From Vicinamibacteria bacterium (lineage in GTDB: Bacteria; Acidobacteriota; Vicinamibacteria; Vicinamibacterales; CAVVIG01): a DNA stretch of 38,699 bases. The stretch covers positions 1-38,699 of the forward strand of contig JBGPHH010000003.1 of NCBI GenBank assembly GCA_041484265.1. Reading direction: 5' to 3'. The notes below the pieces were generated by a model. It saw only the letters and a program-made list of their open reading frames with translations, was not told the DNA's origin and made no database searches. Shown here in pieces: positions 1-9,277 of this stretch. Positions within the stretch are counted from its first letter, which is position 1, and the number at the start of each line of letters is the position of its first letter. The position numbers and the translations under genes were made by a program.

Positions 1-1
1 G

Positions 2-1105
2 TCGATCGAGGTGTCGATCATCGAGCGCGCCTTTGACGAAGGCTGGGTGACGGCGAGGCCGCCCGCGTCCCGCACGGGCAAACGCGTCGCCGTGGTCGGA
101 TCGGGACCGGCAGGTCTCTCAGCCGCCGATCAGCTGAACCGCGCCGGCCACACGGTGACCGTGTTCGAGCGTGCCGATCGTATCGGCGGGCTGCTGCGGT
201 ACGGCATCCCCGAGTTCAAGATGGAGAAGCGGTTTCTCGACCGCCGGCTCGCTCTGATGCGCGAAGAAGGCGTCATGTTCCGCATCAACTGCAACGTGGG
301 CGTGAGCATCACGCTCGACGAGCTCCATCGCGAACACGACGCGATCGTGATTGCGGGCGGCGCGACGGCCCCACGCGACCTGCCGGTGCCGGGCCGCGAT
401 CTCAGGGGCATCCATTTCGCGATGGACTACCTGACCGAGTCGAACCAGCGGTGCGAGGGCGACGCCGTGCCGGCGCTGGACGATGACCGCGCGCTTACGG
501 CGAGGGACAAGCACGTGATCATCATCGGCGGCGGCGACACGGGCGCCGACTGTCTGGGCACGGCTCATCGTCAGGGCGCCAGCGCCATTCATCAGCTCGA
601 GCTCCTGTCGCGCCCGCCCGACGAGCGGGCGTCCGACAACCCGTGGCCGACGTGGCCGAATATCTTTCGCGTGTCCGGAGCGCACGAGGAGGGCGGCCAG
701 CGTCTCTTTTCGATCTCCACGCAGCGGTTCTCTGGCGATGCGAACGGTCGAGTCGCGGCGCTGCATGCGGTCAAAGTGGAGATGGTCAGAAGGAACGGCC
801 GACTCTCGTTCGAGCCGCTTCCGGCCAGCGAGCTCGAGCTGAAGGCGGACCTGGTCCTGCTCGCGATGGGCTTCCTCGGACCCGAGCGCAACGGGATGCT
901 CGAACTGCTGGGCGTCAAGCTGACCGATCGCGGCAACGTGTGGCGCGATGAGAACTGGATGACCAGCGTCCCCGGCGTCTTCACCGCCGGCGACATGCAG
1001 CGCGGCCAGTCGCTCATCGTGTGGGCGATCGCCGAAGGCCGAAGCGCTGCCCGCGGTGTCGACACGTACCTGATGGGCCGATCAGATCTGCCGGCCCCAC
1101 TCTAG
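2..1105 (+). CDS. gltD: Glutamate synthase small (beta) subunit, 5'-truncated by the window edge
   Basis: Frame open from nt 2 (SIEVSIIERAFDEGW). GSGPAG FAD motif, GGLLRYGIPEFKMEK, GGGDTGADC and C-terminal GDMQRGQSLIVWAIAEGR are GltD signatures. Confidence 0.95.
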   Translation, partial: SIEVSIIERAFDEGWVTARPPASRTGKRVAVVGSGPAGLSAADQLNRAGHTVTVFERADRIGGLLRYGIPEFKMEKRFLDRRLALMREEGVMFRINCNVGVSITLDELHREHDAIVIAGGATAPRDLPVPGRDLRGIHFAMDYLTESNQRCEGDAVPALDDDRALTARDKHVIIIGGGDTGADCLGTAHRQGASAIHQLELLSRPPDERASDNPWPTWPNIFRVSGAHEEGGQRLFSISTQRFSGDANGRVAALHAVKVEMVRRNGRLSFEPLPASELELKADLVLLAMGFLGPERNGMLELLGVKLTDRGNVWRDENWMTSVPGVFTAGDMQRGQSLIVWAIAEGRSAARGVDTYLMGRSDLPAPL

Positions 1106-1184
1106 TAAAGTCGGGAGGACGCTTGAGGAAGGGTGTGCTGATTAGCTCGTAAGGCGAAGTCCGTCCGCCGAGCGCTGCTGACGA

Positions 1185-2237
1185 TCACTTGCTCAGCGAG
1201 GCCATGTCGATTACAAAGCGATACTTCACGTCGCTTCGGAGCATTCTCTCGTAGGCCGCGTCGATCGTCTGGATCGGGATCTGCTCGATATCCGAAATAA
1301 TATTGCGTTCGGCGCAGAAGTCCAGCATCTCCTGTGTCTCGGGAATGCCGCCGATGATCGAGCCGGCGATCCGGCGCCGCTTGAGGAGCAGGTTGAAGAT
1401 GGCGGGAGACGGGTGCGGCTGTGCCGGCGCGCCAACGAGCACAAGCGTTCCGTCGCGCTTGAGGAGCGACGTGTACGCGTCGAGGTTGTGCGACGCTGCG
1501 ACCGTGTCGAGGATGAGGTCGAAACTGTTCGCGTGCTTCGCCATCGCCTCGGCGTCCTTCGAGATGACGACCTGGTCTGCGCCCAGTCGCTTCGCGTCCG
1601 CCGCCTTGCCGGGTGAGGTGGTGAACAGCACCGTGTGGGCGCCGAAGGCGTGAGAGAACTTGACGCCCATGTGTCCGAGGCCGCCGAGCCCGACGATGCC
1701 GACCTTCGTTCCTTTGGCCGCGCCCCAGTGTTTGAGTGGCGAGTAGGTCGTGATCCCTGCGCACAGCAGTGGTGCGGCCCCGGCCAGATCGAGCTTTTCG
1801 GAAACGCGCAGGCAGAATCCCTCCTCAACAACGATCTGGCTGGAGTAGCCGCCGTAAGTCACCTTGCCCGGCAGGTGTTTGTCGGGGCTGTTATAGGTGA
1901 GGGTCATCCCGTTATCGCAGTACTGCTCGAGGCCGGCCCGACAATCCCCGCAGCTTCCGCACGAATCAACCATGCAGCCGACCGCCGCACGGTCGCCGAC
2001 CTTGAAGCGCGTCACCTCCAGACCGACCTTCGTCACTCGACCGACGATCTCGTGCCCGGGCACGCAGGGGTAGACGGTACCCGGCCACTCGCTGCGAGCG
2101 GTGTGCAGGTCGGAGTGGCAGACGCCGCAAAAGAGAATGTCGAACTGGACGTCGCGCGGCCCGGGTTCCCGGCGCTCGAGGCGGAATGGGCCAAGGGGCG
2201 ACGTCGGGTCGAAGGCGGCGTACGCGCGTGATTGCAT
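1185..2237 (-). CDS. Zn-dependent NAD(P)-linked alcohol dehydrogenase (cinnamyl-ADH/YahK-like MDR family)
   Basis: CGVCHSD and GHEIVG catalytic Zn motifs, CGSCGDC...YC structural Zn, APLLCAGITTYSPL, GLGGLG, C-terminal DVKYRFVID. Confidence 0.93.
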   Translation of the reverse strand: MQSRAYAAFDPTSPLGPFRLERREPGPRDVQFDILFCGVCHSDLHTARSEWPGTVYPCVPGHEIVGRVTKVGLEVTRFKVGDRAAVGCMVDSCGSCGDCRAGLEQYCDNGMTLTYNSPDKHLPGKVTYGGYSSQIVVEEGFCLRVSEKLDLAGAAPLLCAGITTYSPLKHWGAAKGTKVGIVGLGGLGHMGVKFSHAFGAHTVLFTTSPGKAADAKRLGADQVVISKDAEAMAKHANSFDLILDTVAASHNLDAYTSLLKRDGTLVLVGAPAQPHPSPAIFNLLLKRRRIAGSIIGGIPETQEMLDFCAERNIISDIEQIPIQTIDAAYERMLRSDVKYRFVIDMASLSK

Positions 2238-2273
2238 CGGGGCGCCGATTCTATCAGAACCGATCGCGCCCTT

Positions 2274-3317
<1,044 letters not shown>

Positions 3318-3323
3318 AGTGCC

Positions 3324-3548
3324 TCAAGCCTCGCGCAGTGTGTCGAACTCGGGAATCTCCTGCCGCAGCGCCGCCTCGACGCCCACGTGGAGCGTCATGT
3401 GAGCGCTTGGACAGCCGGCGCAGAGCCCGGTGAGTCGCACGTCCGCGGAATTGCCGTGGACCGCCACCAGGACAATGTCCCCTCCGTCGGCCTGCAGAAA
3501 CGGCCGCACACGATTGAGCACCGCTTCGACCTGCTCTCTTGCGATCAT
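3324..3548 (-). CDS. NifU C-terminal (Nfu) domain Fe-S carrier protein
   Basis: VRPFLQADGGDIVLV...RLTGLCAGCPSAHMTL; CxxC Nfu motif; AGGAG RBS at 3557-3561. Confidence 0.92.
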   Translation of the reverse strand: MIAREQVEAVLNRVRPFLQADGGDIVLVAVHGNSADVRLTGLCAGCPSAHMTLHVGVEAALRQEIPEFDTLREA

Positions 3549-3567
3549 TTGCGATCTCCTTGGTCAC

Positions 3568-3591
3568 GGTCCGCCTCAAGGCGGACGCTAC
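3568..3591. repeat. REP-like palindrome (GTAG family) GGTCCGCCTCAAGGCGGACGCTAC
   Basis: Perfect 7-bp stem GTCCGCC-TCAA-GGCGGAC, preceded on the minus strand by GTAG. Resembles the 'VRLK(A/P)D(T/A)T'-encoding intergenic repeat I recall from Vicinamibacteria. Single copy in this window. Confidence 0.6.
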
Positions 3592-3605
3592 GGCGGCCCG
3601 TAGCG

Positions 3606-3620
3606 GCAACGGCCGTGCCG
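3606..3620 (-). promoter_or_regulatory. Sigma54 (-24/-12) promoter for the nfu-bEBP operon
   Basis: Minus strand CGGCAC-GGCCG-TTGC, exact GG-N10-GC spacing, about 58 nt upstream of the nfu ATG. Confidence 0.75.
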
Positions 3621-3734
3621 GCCGAAGATCGCCGAATTCCCGTAAATCTGGCGGGATTCCGACAGCACGCCGCAGGGAGCGATTAGGGGGAGGGGATTAT
3701 TCCGCAGCGCGAGGGGAGAAACTCGCGTCCACGC

Positions 3735-5837
3735 CTACCAGTAGTAGGTGAGCCGGCCCGACAGCGTGTTGGCGGTGTACGGACGGGCAAGGTACCCCAT
3801 CATCAGAAAGGACGGCTGCGCAAGGCTCGTCAGCGTCGACGCGCTCTGCGCGAAGTCATTGACGATATAGCGGTCGTACCAGTAGACGACGCCGGCAGCC
3901 AGCTTCGGAGTGAAATGGTATCGAACGTCCAGCGTGCCGCGCTGCAGCTCGTTCGACACCACTGGCAGCTGAACGACGGGCGCCAACGTGGTGTTGGGCG
4001 CCAACCCGTACAGGTACTGCGATTCCGCGCGGCTGTAGTCGTACGCCATCCTCACATCGGTCTTCGGCCACGCCTTGAGCAGATCGAGGGATGCCGACAG
4101 CGTTTGCACGGTGTCGGTGCTGTTGGTCGTCCAATCCCGCGTTGGATCGTTGAACTGCACCCCCGGATTCGCCTGCCTCGACGCTTGGAGCGCCGTATAC
4201 CACTCTCGCTCGAACGTGATGCCCATCGACACGGCGTCGCGCGGCACGAAATCCACGCCGGCGGAGTACGCATGATTGTTGTTGCTTCGAAGACCGAATC
4301 CGGAACCGGGACGATCCTCGCTGCCGACTGACACAGAGGCGTTCACCGCAAGTTGCGAGAGAGGCGTCACCTGTGCAATGGCTGAGAATCGATCGGCCGT
4401 CCGGTCTGAAATATCGAACTGGCGCAGAGATACCTGCTCGCCTATCTCGTCGAGCGCCTGCTCGTCGAACCCCGAACCGACACGCTTGGCGTGCTCGTAC
4501 ACGCCCCTCAGCGTCAACCAGGTCACGGCCGTCGTGTCGGCCGATACACGGAACGTGTCTTCCGTCGTGGTATCGAAGTACCGGACGGTCTGATCAACTT
4601 GCTCGCGTGTATACCCGGCGCGGAACGACCCGTACTTGAATGGCATCAGCATCAGGTCGGCGTCGAACGTCCGCCGCGTGTAGCTGAGGGGACTCGTGCC
4701 GCCGCCCGCGAACGCGGCGACGGTTGTGTCGTACGACACGGTGGTCGGGACGTTAAAGACGGCCGTCCGGTTCTTGTAATCGTAAGACCGGTAGCGCGCG
4801 GTGTAGTACACGAGATCCGTCGGTCTCGAGTTGAAGCTGTAGTTCATGCTCGTGATCCGCGCGTCGGCATTCGCGGTCGGCCGATCGAGCGGAATCGTCG
4901 CGAGCGCGCTGTTGATGGTGAATGGGATCAGCGGATCGTTCTGGGACCAGTCGGCCACGGAAATGTACGCCGTCGCGTGGCTGCGCGCCGGCAGCGAAAG
5001 CGACCCCATGGCGCTGCCCGTGTGCATGTCGCTGTTGGGCCACAACGACATCCGACCCTGCAAGGGTCCCGCTGCCGCCGAATCGGTCGCCCGAAGCGGA
5101 TTGTCCCAGACGAGCGTGCTGACGTTGTTGCTGAAGAACGATCCGTCGTACGCCAGACGCGCCATGGTCCGCCCGTTGGCCCACTCAATCCCCGCGCCGA
5201 GATCCGTCGTTCTCGTATCGACCGGCACGGGAAGCTCGACGGCGTCGCTGAAGCCGAAGGTGCCGGCCCACGGCTGATTCCCGGTTTTCGCCGTGCTCTT
5301 GAGCGATATCTTGAAATCGACGTGCTCGGTGGCGCTGTACGTCATCTTGAAATCTGCGACGTCGCGCCTGACGCGCAGATCAAACGGGTGCGCCTGAGAA
5401 ACCGCCGAGCCGAGCGTGGTGGTGCCCCCCTGCAGGCCTGCCTGAATCGCGTCGTCGATGCGCAGCACGCCTCTCGAGGTCGAGAACAGGGTCTTAGTGT
5501 CCTCGTTGAAAAATAACGGGGTCTGATTCCAGTCGAAGGAGACCTTGAACCGGCCGAACTCGTTCCAGGCGGCGGCGTAGTGCTGGTCGAGGTACCCGAC
5601 ATGATCGGCCTGCAGGCTGAACCGGCGCATCTCGGTGTCTTTCCCGAACGTGAACGCGTCGAGCGTGAGCCCGTTGCGCGTGTCCCGATAGCGCTGGCTT
5701 CGCGCCTCGTCCGAACCAGCGGCAAACGCCGTCGCGCGGCCGCCGAAATCGACGGAGTTCGCCGGCAGGCCCTGCCCCAGCACACTTGCTGGGAGCAGGA
5801 GGAGCGCGGCAGCGATCAGACAAAGAGTGGTCCGCAT
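3735..5837 (-). CDS. mtrB: MtrB/PioB-family decaheme-associated outer-membrane beta-barrel porin
   Basis: About 700 aa. Signal peptide MRTTLCLIAAALLLLPASVLG (ATG 5837, AGGAG 7 nt upstream), ELPVPVDTRTT, WDNP and LWPNSD motifs, beta-strand periodicity, C-terminal aromatic YYW. Lies directly after a decaheme cytochrome. Confidence 0.88.
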   Translation of the reverse strand: MRTTLCLIAAALLLLPASVLGQGLPANSVDFGGRATAFAAGSDEARSQRYRDTRNGLTLDAFTFGKDTEMRRFSLQADHVGYLDQHYAAAWNEFGRFKVSFDWNQTPLFFNEDTKTLFSTSRGVLRIDDAIQAGLQGGTTTLGSAVSQAHPFDLRVRRDVADFKMTYSATEHVDFKISLKSTAKTGNQPWAGTFGFSDAVELPVPVDTRTTDLGAGIEWANGRTMARLAYDGSFFSNNVSTLVWDNPLRATDSAAAGPLQGRMSLWPNSDMHTGSAMGSLSLPARSHATAYISVADWSQNDPLIPFTINSALATIPLDRPTANADARITSMNYSFNSRPTDLVYYTARYRSYDYKNRTAVFNVPTTVSYDTTVAAFAGGGTSPLSYTRRTFDADLMLMPFKYGSFRAGYTREQVDQTVRYFDTTTEDTFRVSADTTAVTWLTLRGVYEHAKRVGSGFDEQALDEIGEQVSLRQFDISDRTADRFSAIAQVTPLSQLAVNASVSVGSEDRPGSGFGLRSNNNHAYSAGVDFVPRDAVSMGITFEREWYTALQASRQANPGVQFNDPTRDWTTNSTDTVQTLSASLDLLKAWPKTDVRMAYDYSRAESQYLYGLAPNTTLAPVVQLPVVSNELQRGTLDVRYHFTPKLAAGVVYWYDRYIVNDFAQSASTLTSLAQPSFLMMGYLARPYTANTLSGRLTYYW

Positions 5838-5853
5838 GTGCATGCTCCTGCCG

Positions 5854-6816
5854 TTATCGAAGGAAGGCGTTCCCCGCCGGACTGTTCGACCCATGAATCT
5901 GAGCGTGGCAGTTCACGCAGCCACGTCCGATCAGCCGGCTGCTGCGGGCCACGAGCTGGGTGCCGTCGTAGATGGTCGAGGGATGTTTCGTGCCAATGTG
6001 GCATCGCTGACAGAGCATCGGCAGTTTCGCCACCAGCATTCGCTCGTTGTTCGATCCGTGCGGATCGTGGCAGGTATTGCACGCCTCGCGAACCGGCGCG
6101 TGGTCCCAGAGGTACGGACCGCGCTTCTCGGTGTGACAGCTGACGCACGCTTCATTCACCCAATTCCCCACCTTGAGCAAGCGGACGTTGGTGGATCCGT
6201 GCGGGTTGTGACACGCCGTGCAGTCCATCTTGCCTTCGCGAACCGGCATATGCCCGAAGCGCTGCAGCTTGGCGACTTCCGTCTTGTGGCACCCGGCGCA
6301 GGTCGCAATGACCGACACCGCCTTGAGCTGTGCCTTCGCAGCCTTCGGGCTATGGACCGAGTGACACGTCACGCACGACAGGTTACGGGCATCGTGCGTA
6401 CTCCCATTCCAATTCGCGTGGTCCCCTCGGTTGTGGCAGGTCAGACAGGTCGCAGAGATGTCGCGGGCCGCCATCGCGGTAAATCGCTTGATCTTTTCTG
6501 GCTCCCCGCCGCTGTCAACGTGCGCCCGACCCGGCCCGTGACACGTTTCACACCCCTGGGTTGCCGCCGGAGAACGGGGATTCTCGGTCTTGCCGTGCAA
6601 TGTCTTCCGGAGACTTTGGCCCTCGGTGTCATGGCATGTCACGCACACCGCCGTACCAACATAGTCGTTGGTCTGGGCCGCCGCTGGCCACCCGCCGCGC
6701 AGGCCGGCCGCGAGCGCCCATGCAAACCCACTGGCGATGAGCAACCGTAGAGGAATTCCGATGATGTGTCTTCGCATACGCGTCCGTAACAACTCGAACA
6801 GATTTGGAGCACTCAT
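5854..6816 (-). CDS. mtrA: Periplasmic decaheme c-type cytochrome, MtrA/DmsE/PioA/MtoA family
   Basis: Exactly 10 CxxCH motifs (CVTCH, CETCH, CLTCH, CVTCH, CAGCH, CTACH, CVSCH, CNTCH, CQRCH, CVNCH); EKRGPYLWDHAPV; C-terminal IHGSNSPAGNAFLR; signal peptide. Confidence 0.95.
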   Translation of the reverse strand: MSAPNLFELLRTRMRRHIIGIPLRLLIASGFAWALAAGLRGGWPAAAQTNDYVGTAVCVTCHDTEGQSLRKTLHGKTENPRSPAATQGCETCHGPGRAHVDSGGEPEKIKRFTAMAARDISATCLTCHNRGDHANWNGSTHDARNLSCVTCHSVHSPKAAKAQLKAVSVIATCAGCHKTEVAKLQRFGHMPVREGKMDCTACHNPHGSTNVRLLKVGNWVNEACVSCHTEKRGPYLWDHAPVREACNTCHDPHGSNNERMLVAKLPMLCQRCHIGTKHPSTIYDGTQLVARSSRLIGRGCVNCHAQIHGSNSPAGNAFLR

Positions 6817-8231
6817 TTCAGAGCGCTGATGTAAGCCATGAGCAGCCTGAGATCGTCGTCCGGGATATCGAGCGGCATCATTCCACCGTCGGCCATCTTC
6901 TTGGTGGGCATCTTGAGGAGTCGCTGCAGCTCGTCGGCCGGGTGTTTGGCCGCGATGTCAATGAGCGCCGGGGCACCCTGCGTGCCTTGTCCGGCGTCGC
7001 CGTGACACGCGTCGCAGGATTGCGCGTTGTAGACGGCCTTGCCGCGCGTCATGGCGGGATCGACAAGAGCCGCTTTGGCCGTCTTGAGTGAGGCTGGCGA
7101 CTCTTCCGGTGCGAACGGCTCCGCCGTAAACCGCCGATCGGCTTCCCGCTGCGCAGCCAGCTGTTCCGCGATCGCAGGGTCACGACGATCCTCCATCGCG
7201 CTCAGCACGCCCAGAAGCACGAGCGACAGCAGTACGGCCGCAAACGCGCCGACGGTGACGGGGCGTTTCGAGGGAGCCCGCTCCGGGCTCCGGTCGAAGA
7301 ACGGCAGCCCCACGAACAGGAGGGCGAGCACGGCCGGGATAATCACAATCCCGACGACCGCGCTCGAGCCCTTCCAGTACTTGAGCCACTGGAACACTGG
7401 CACGTAGTACCACTCCGGCCGCGGCAGAAAACGCGTGTCGGCAGGATTGGCCTCGGGTCCAAGTTCGGCCGGCCACAACCAGGCGATCGCTCCGAGGCAG
7501 ACGATGATCGTCAGCGCGAACCCGACGTCCATCAGCACCTGACGCGGATAGAACAGCTCGGTCCGCTGACGGCCTGCGTCGATCGACGGTGGGCCGGCAG
7601 CCCCGGCCTTCCGGAACAGGTACACGTGAAGTCCGACAAATGCGAAGATAGCCGCCGGAATGAGGAAAACGTGGGCCACGAAGAACCGCGAGACTGTCAG
7701 CGTGCCCATGTCGGCGCCGCCCCGGACCAGCCGTTGCAGCCCGGCACCAATAAGGGGCACTTCACCGAGGATGTTGGTGCCGACGGCGGTTGCGAAGTAC
7801 GCCTTCTGATCCCAGGGCAGCAGGTAGCCGGTGAACGCCATGCCGAGCATGAGCGCGAGCAGCACGCATCCAGCCATCCAGAGGATCTCGCGGACCCCCT
7901 TATACGAGCCATAGATGACCGTCTGCGCCACGTGCAGCAGCATGACGATGATCATGGCGCTCGAGCCATAGGCGTGAAGACTTCGCAGAAAGGATCCCGA
8001 CGAGACTTCCTTGACGATGTACGCGACCGTCACGTGGGCGTGATCCGCGGATGGGACGTAGTAGAGCGCGAGGAACACGCCCGTGATGACTTGGGAAATG
8101 AAGATCAGCAGCAGGCCGGACCCGAACACATAGGCGAACCGCGCCCCACCGGGAATGGGTTCGCCGAGCGCCTCGTGCAACAAGCGCCGGACGCCTGTGC
8201 GGCGATCCAGCCAGTCGACGAAGCGGCTCAC
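6813..8231 (-). CDS. Cytochrome b (bc/b6 family) fused to a C-terminal monoheme cytochrome c
   Basis: Four heme-b His (SLH...LLH; VAH...GLH), FTGYLLPWDQKAYFA, PEWY Qo motif, C-terminal CDACH and GMM. GTG 8231 overlaps the Rieske stop (GTGA); its TGA overlaps the mtrA ATG. Confidence 0.92.
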   Translation of the reverse strand: MSRFVDWLDRRTGVRRLLHEALGEPIPGGARFAYVFGSGLLLIFISQVITGVFLALYYVPSADHAHVTVAYIVKEVSSGSFLRSLHAYGSSAMIIVMLLHVAQTVIYGSYKGVREILWMAGCVLLALMLGMAFTGYLLPWDQKAYFATAVGTNILGEVPLIGAGLQRLVRGGADMGTLTVSRFFVAHVFLIPAAIFAFVGLHVYLFRKAGAAGPPSIDAGRQRTELFYPRQVLMDVGFALTIIVCLGAIAWLWPAELGPEANPADTRFLPRPEWYYVPVFQWLKYWKGSSAVVGIVIIPAVLALLFVGLPFFDRSPERAPSKRPVTVGAFAAVLLSLVLLGVLSAMEDRRDPAIAEQLAAQREADRRFTAEPFAPEESPASLKTAKAALVDPAMTRGKAVYNAQSCDACHGDAGQGTQGAPALIDIAAKHPADELQRLLKMPTKKMADGGMMPLDIPDDDLRLLMAYISALK

Positions 8232-8737
8232 GCGACGATCTCTCGCGTCGCGACCAGCTGGCGGAAGTACTGGTAGCGCACTTTCAGGCGCCCGGCATCG
8301 ACTGTGCTGTCGAGCTCGTCCATCGCACGAGGTGGAGGTCCGGACACCAACGCGCCGTCTTCCCCGAAGACGCCAGCATGGCACGGACAGACAAACTGTT
8401 TTCGGCTCTCGTTCCAGGCCACGCTGCATCCGAGATGCGGGCATACGGCGGACAGCACTCGCAGACGGCCCTGCGCAGTTCGCATCACGTACACCGGTTT
8501 GGTGGATACCATCTTCCGCCAGCCGTCGCGCTGTTCGACCTCAACGAGTACTTTCATGGGCGCGGCCAGCGAGGCCATGTCGTTTGCAGACCCGACATCG
8601 GACCAGACAACGTCCCCCGTCTTGCGCCAGAGAGGATATGACACGAATCTGGCCAGCGGCGCGGCCAGCAACGCGCCGACGCTCGATGCGCCGAGTGCCA
8701 GGAGCGCACCGAGAAACGACCGCCGTTCAGCGCTCAC
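8228..8737 (-). CDS. Rieske [2Fe-2S] subunit of a quinol:cytochrome c oxidoreductase
   Basis: Tat motif RRSFL, TM helix, CPHLGC and CPCH boxes, GPPPR. Confidence 0.93.
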   Translation of the reverse strand: MSAERRSFLGALLALGASSVGALLAAPLARFVSYPLWRKTGDVVWSDVGSANDMASLAAPMKVLVEVEQRDGWRKMVSTKPVYVMRTAQGRLRVLSAVCPHLGCSVAWNESRKQFVCPCHAGVFGEDGALVSGPPPRAMDELDSTVDAGRLKVRYQYFRQLVATREIVA

Positions 8738-8740
8738 CGC

Positions 8741-9073
8741 TCACTTCCCTGTGAGCGACTGCAGGTAAGCGACCAATGCGTCGACGTCGTCCTTCTTCAG
8801 GTCGAATTGCTTCATCGCAGGCGTGCGCGTCGCCTTGGTCTTCTCAGCCATCGTTTTCGCATCAATGATCCAATGGCGAATGTCTTCAGCCGACACCTTA
8901 CGCCCGACGTCGTCCAGCGGACCTTTCTTATTGCCCTTGTCGCCAACCGAGTGGCAAAGGGTACATTTCTGGTCGACAAACACCTTTTCCCCTCTGGCCT
9001 TTGCGTCCTGAGCGGACGGTATTGCCACTGCCAGAGCCAAAAATCCGGCAGCGAGAAACCCCGTGCGAACCAT
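8741..9073 (-). CDS. Small periplasmic monoheme class I cytochrome c
   Basis: Signal peptide MVRTGFLAAGFLALAVAIPSAQ (ATG 9073, GGAGG RBS), CTLCH, GPLD, distal Met in PAMK. Confidence 0.88.
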   Translation of the reverse strand: MVRTGFLAAGFLALAVAIPSAQDAKARGEKVFVDQKCTLCHSVGDKGNKKGPLDDVGRKVSAEDIRHWIIDAKTMAEKTKATRTPAMKQFDLKKDDVDALVAYLQSLTGK

Positions 9074-9246
9074 GCAAGCCTCCTCAGTCACGTCGGGCTG
9101 AGCAATTTGACGGACCATGCTCAACCCGGGGTGGCAGACAGGATACACTGCCCACGATTCGATTGGGGGGCGGACTTTTCCCCGCGCATCCGCGAAATCG
9201 CCCACCTCGGACTTGTTGAACCACGGCGGTGTACGGTGTGCACCTC

Positions 9247-9262
9247 AGGTACGTGAATTGCT
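9247..9262 (+). promoter_or_regulatory. Possible sigma54 promoter upstream of the DHOD-like gene
   Basis: AGGTAC-GTGAA-TTGC with GG-N10-GC spacing. It is very close to the ATG, so the predicted +1 would fall after the RBS. Confidence 0.35.
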
Positions 9263-9277
9263 CAGGGAGCTGTGAAG

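Noticed and set aside
3708-3727. Hairpin CGCGAG-N8-CTCGCG after the mtrB stop as an intrinsic terminator
   Set aside because: Short stem and no U-tract on the minus strand; too weak to call.
8232-8444. N-terminal extension of cytochrome b (likewise 19853-20014 for the large OMP)
   Set aside because: These overlap the upstream genes in another frame; GTGA-coupled starts explain the true N-termini, so no frameshift or fusion is needed.
9106-9124. Possible FNR/CRP box (TTGAC...TCAA) upstream of the EET operon
   Set aside because: Half-site spacing does not fit TTGAT-N4-ATCAA.
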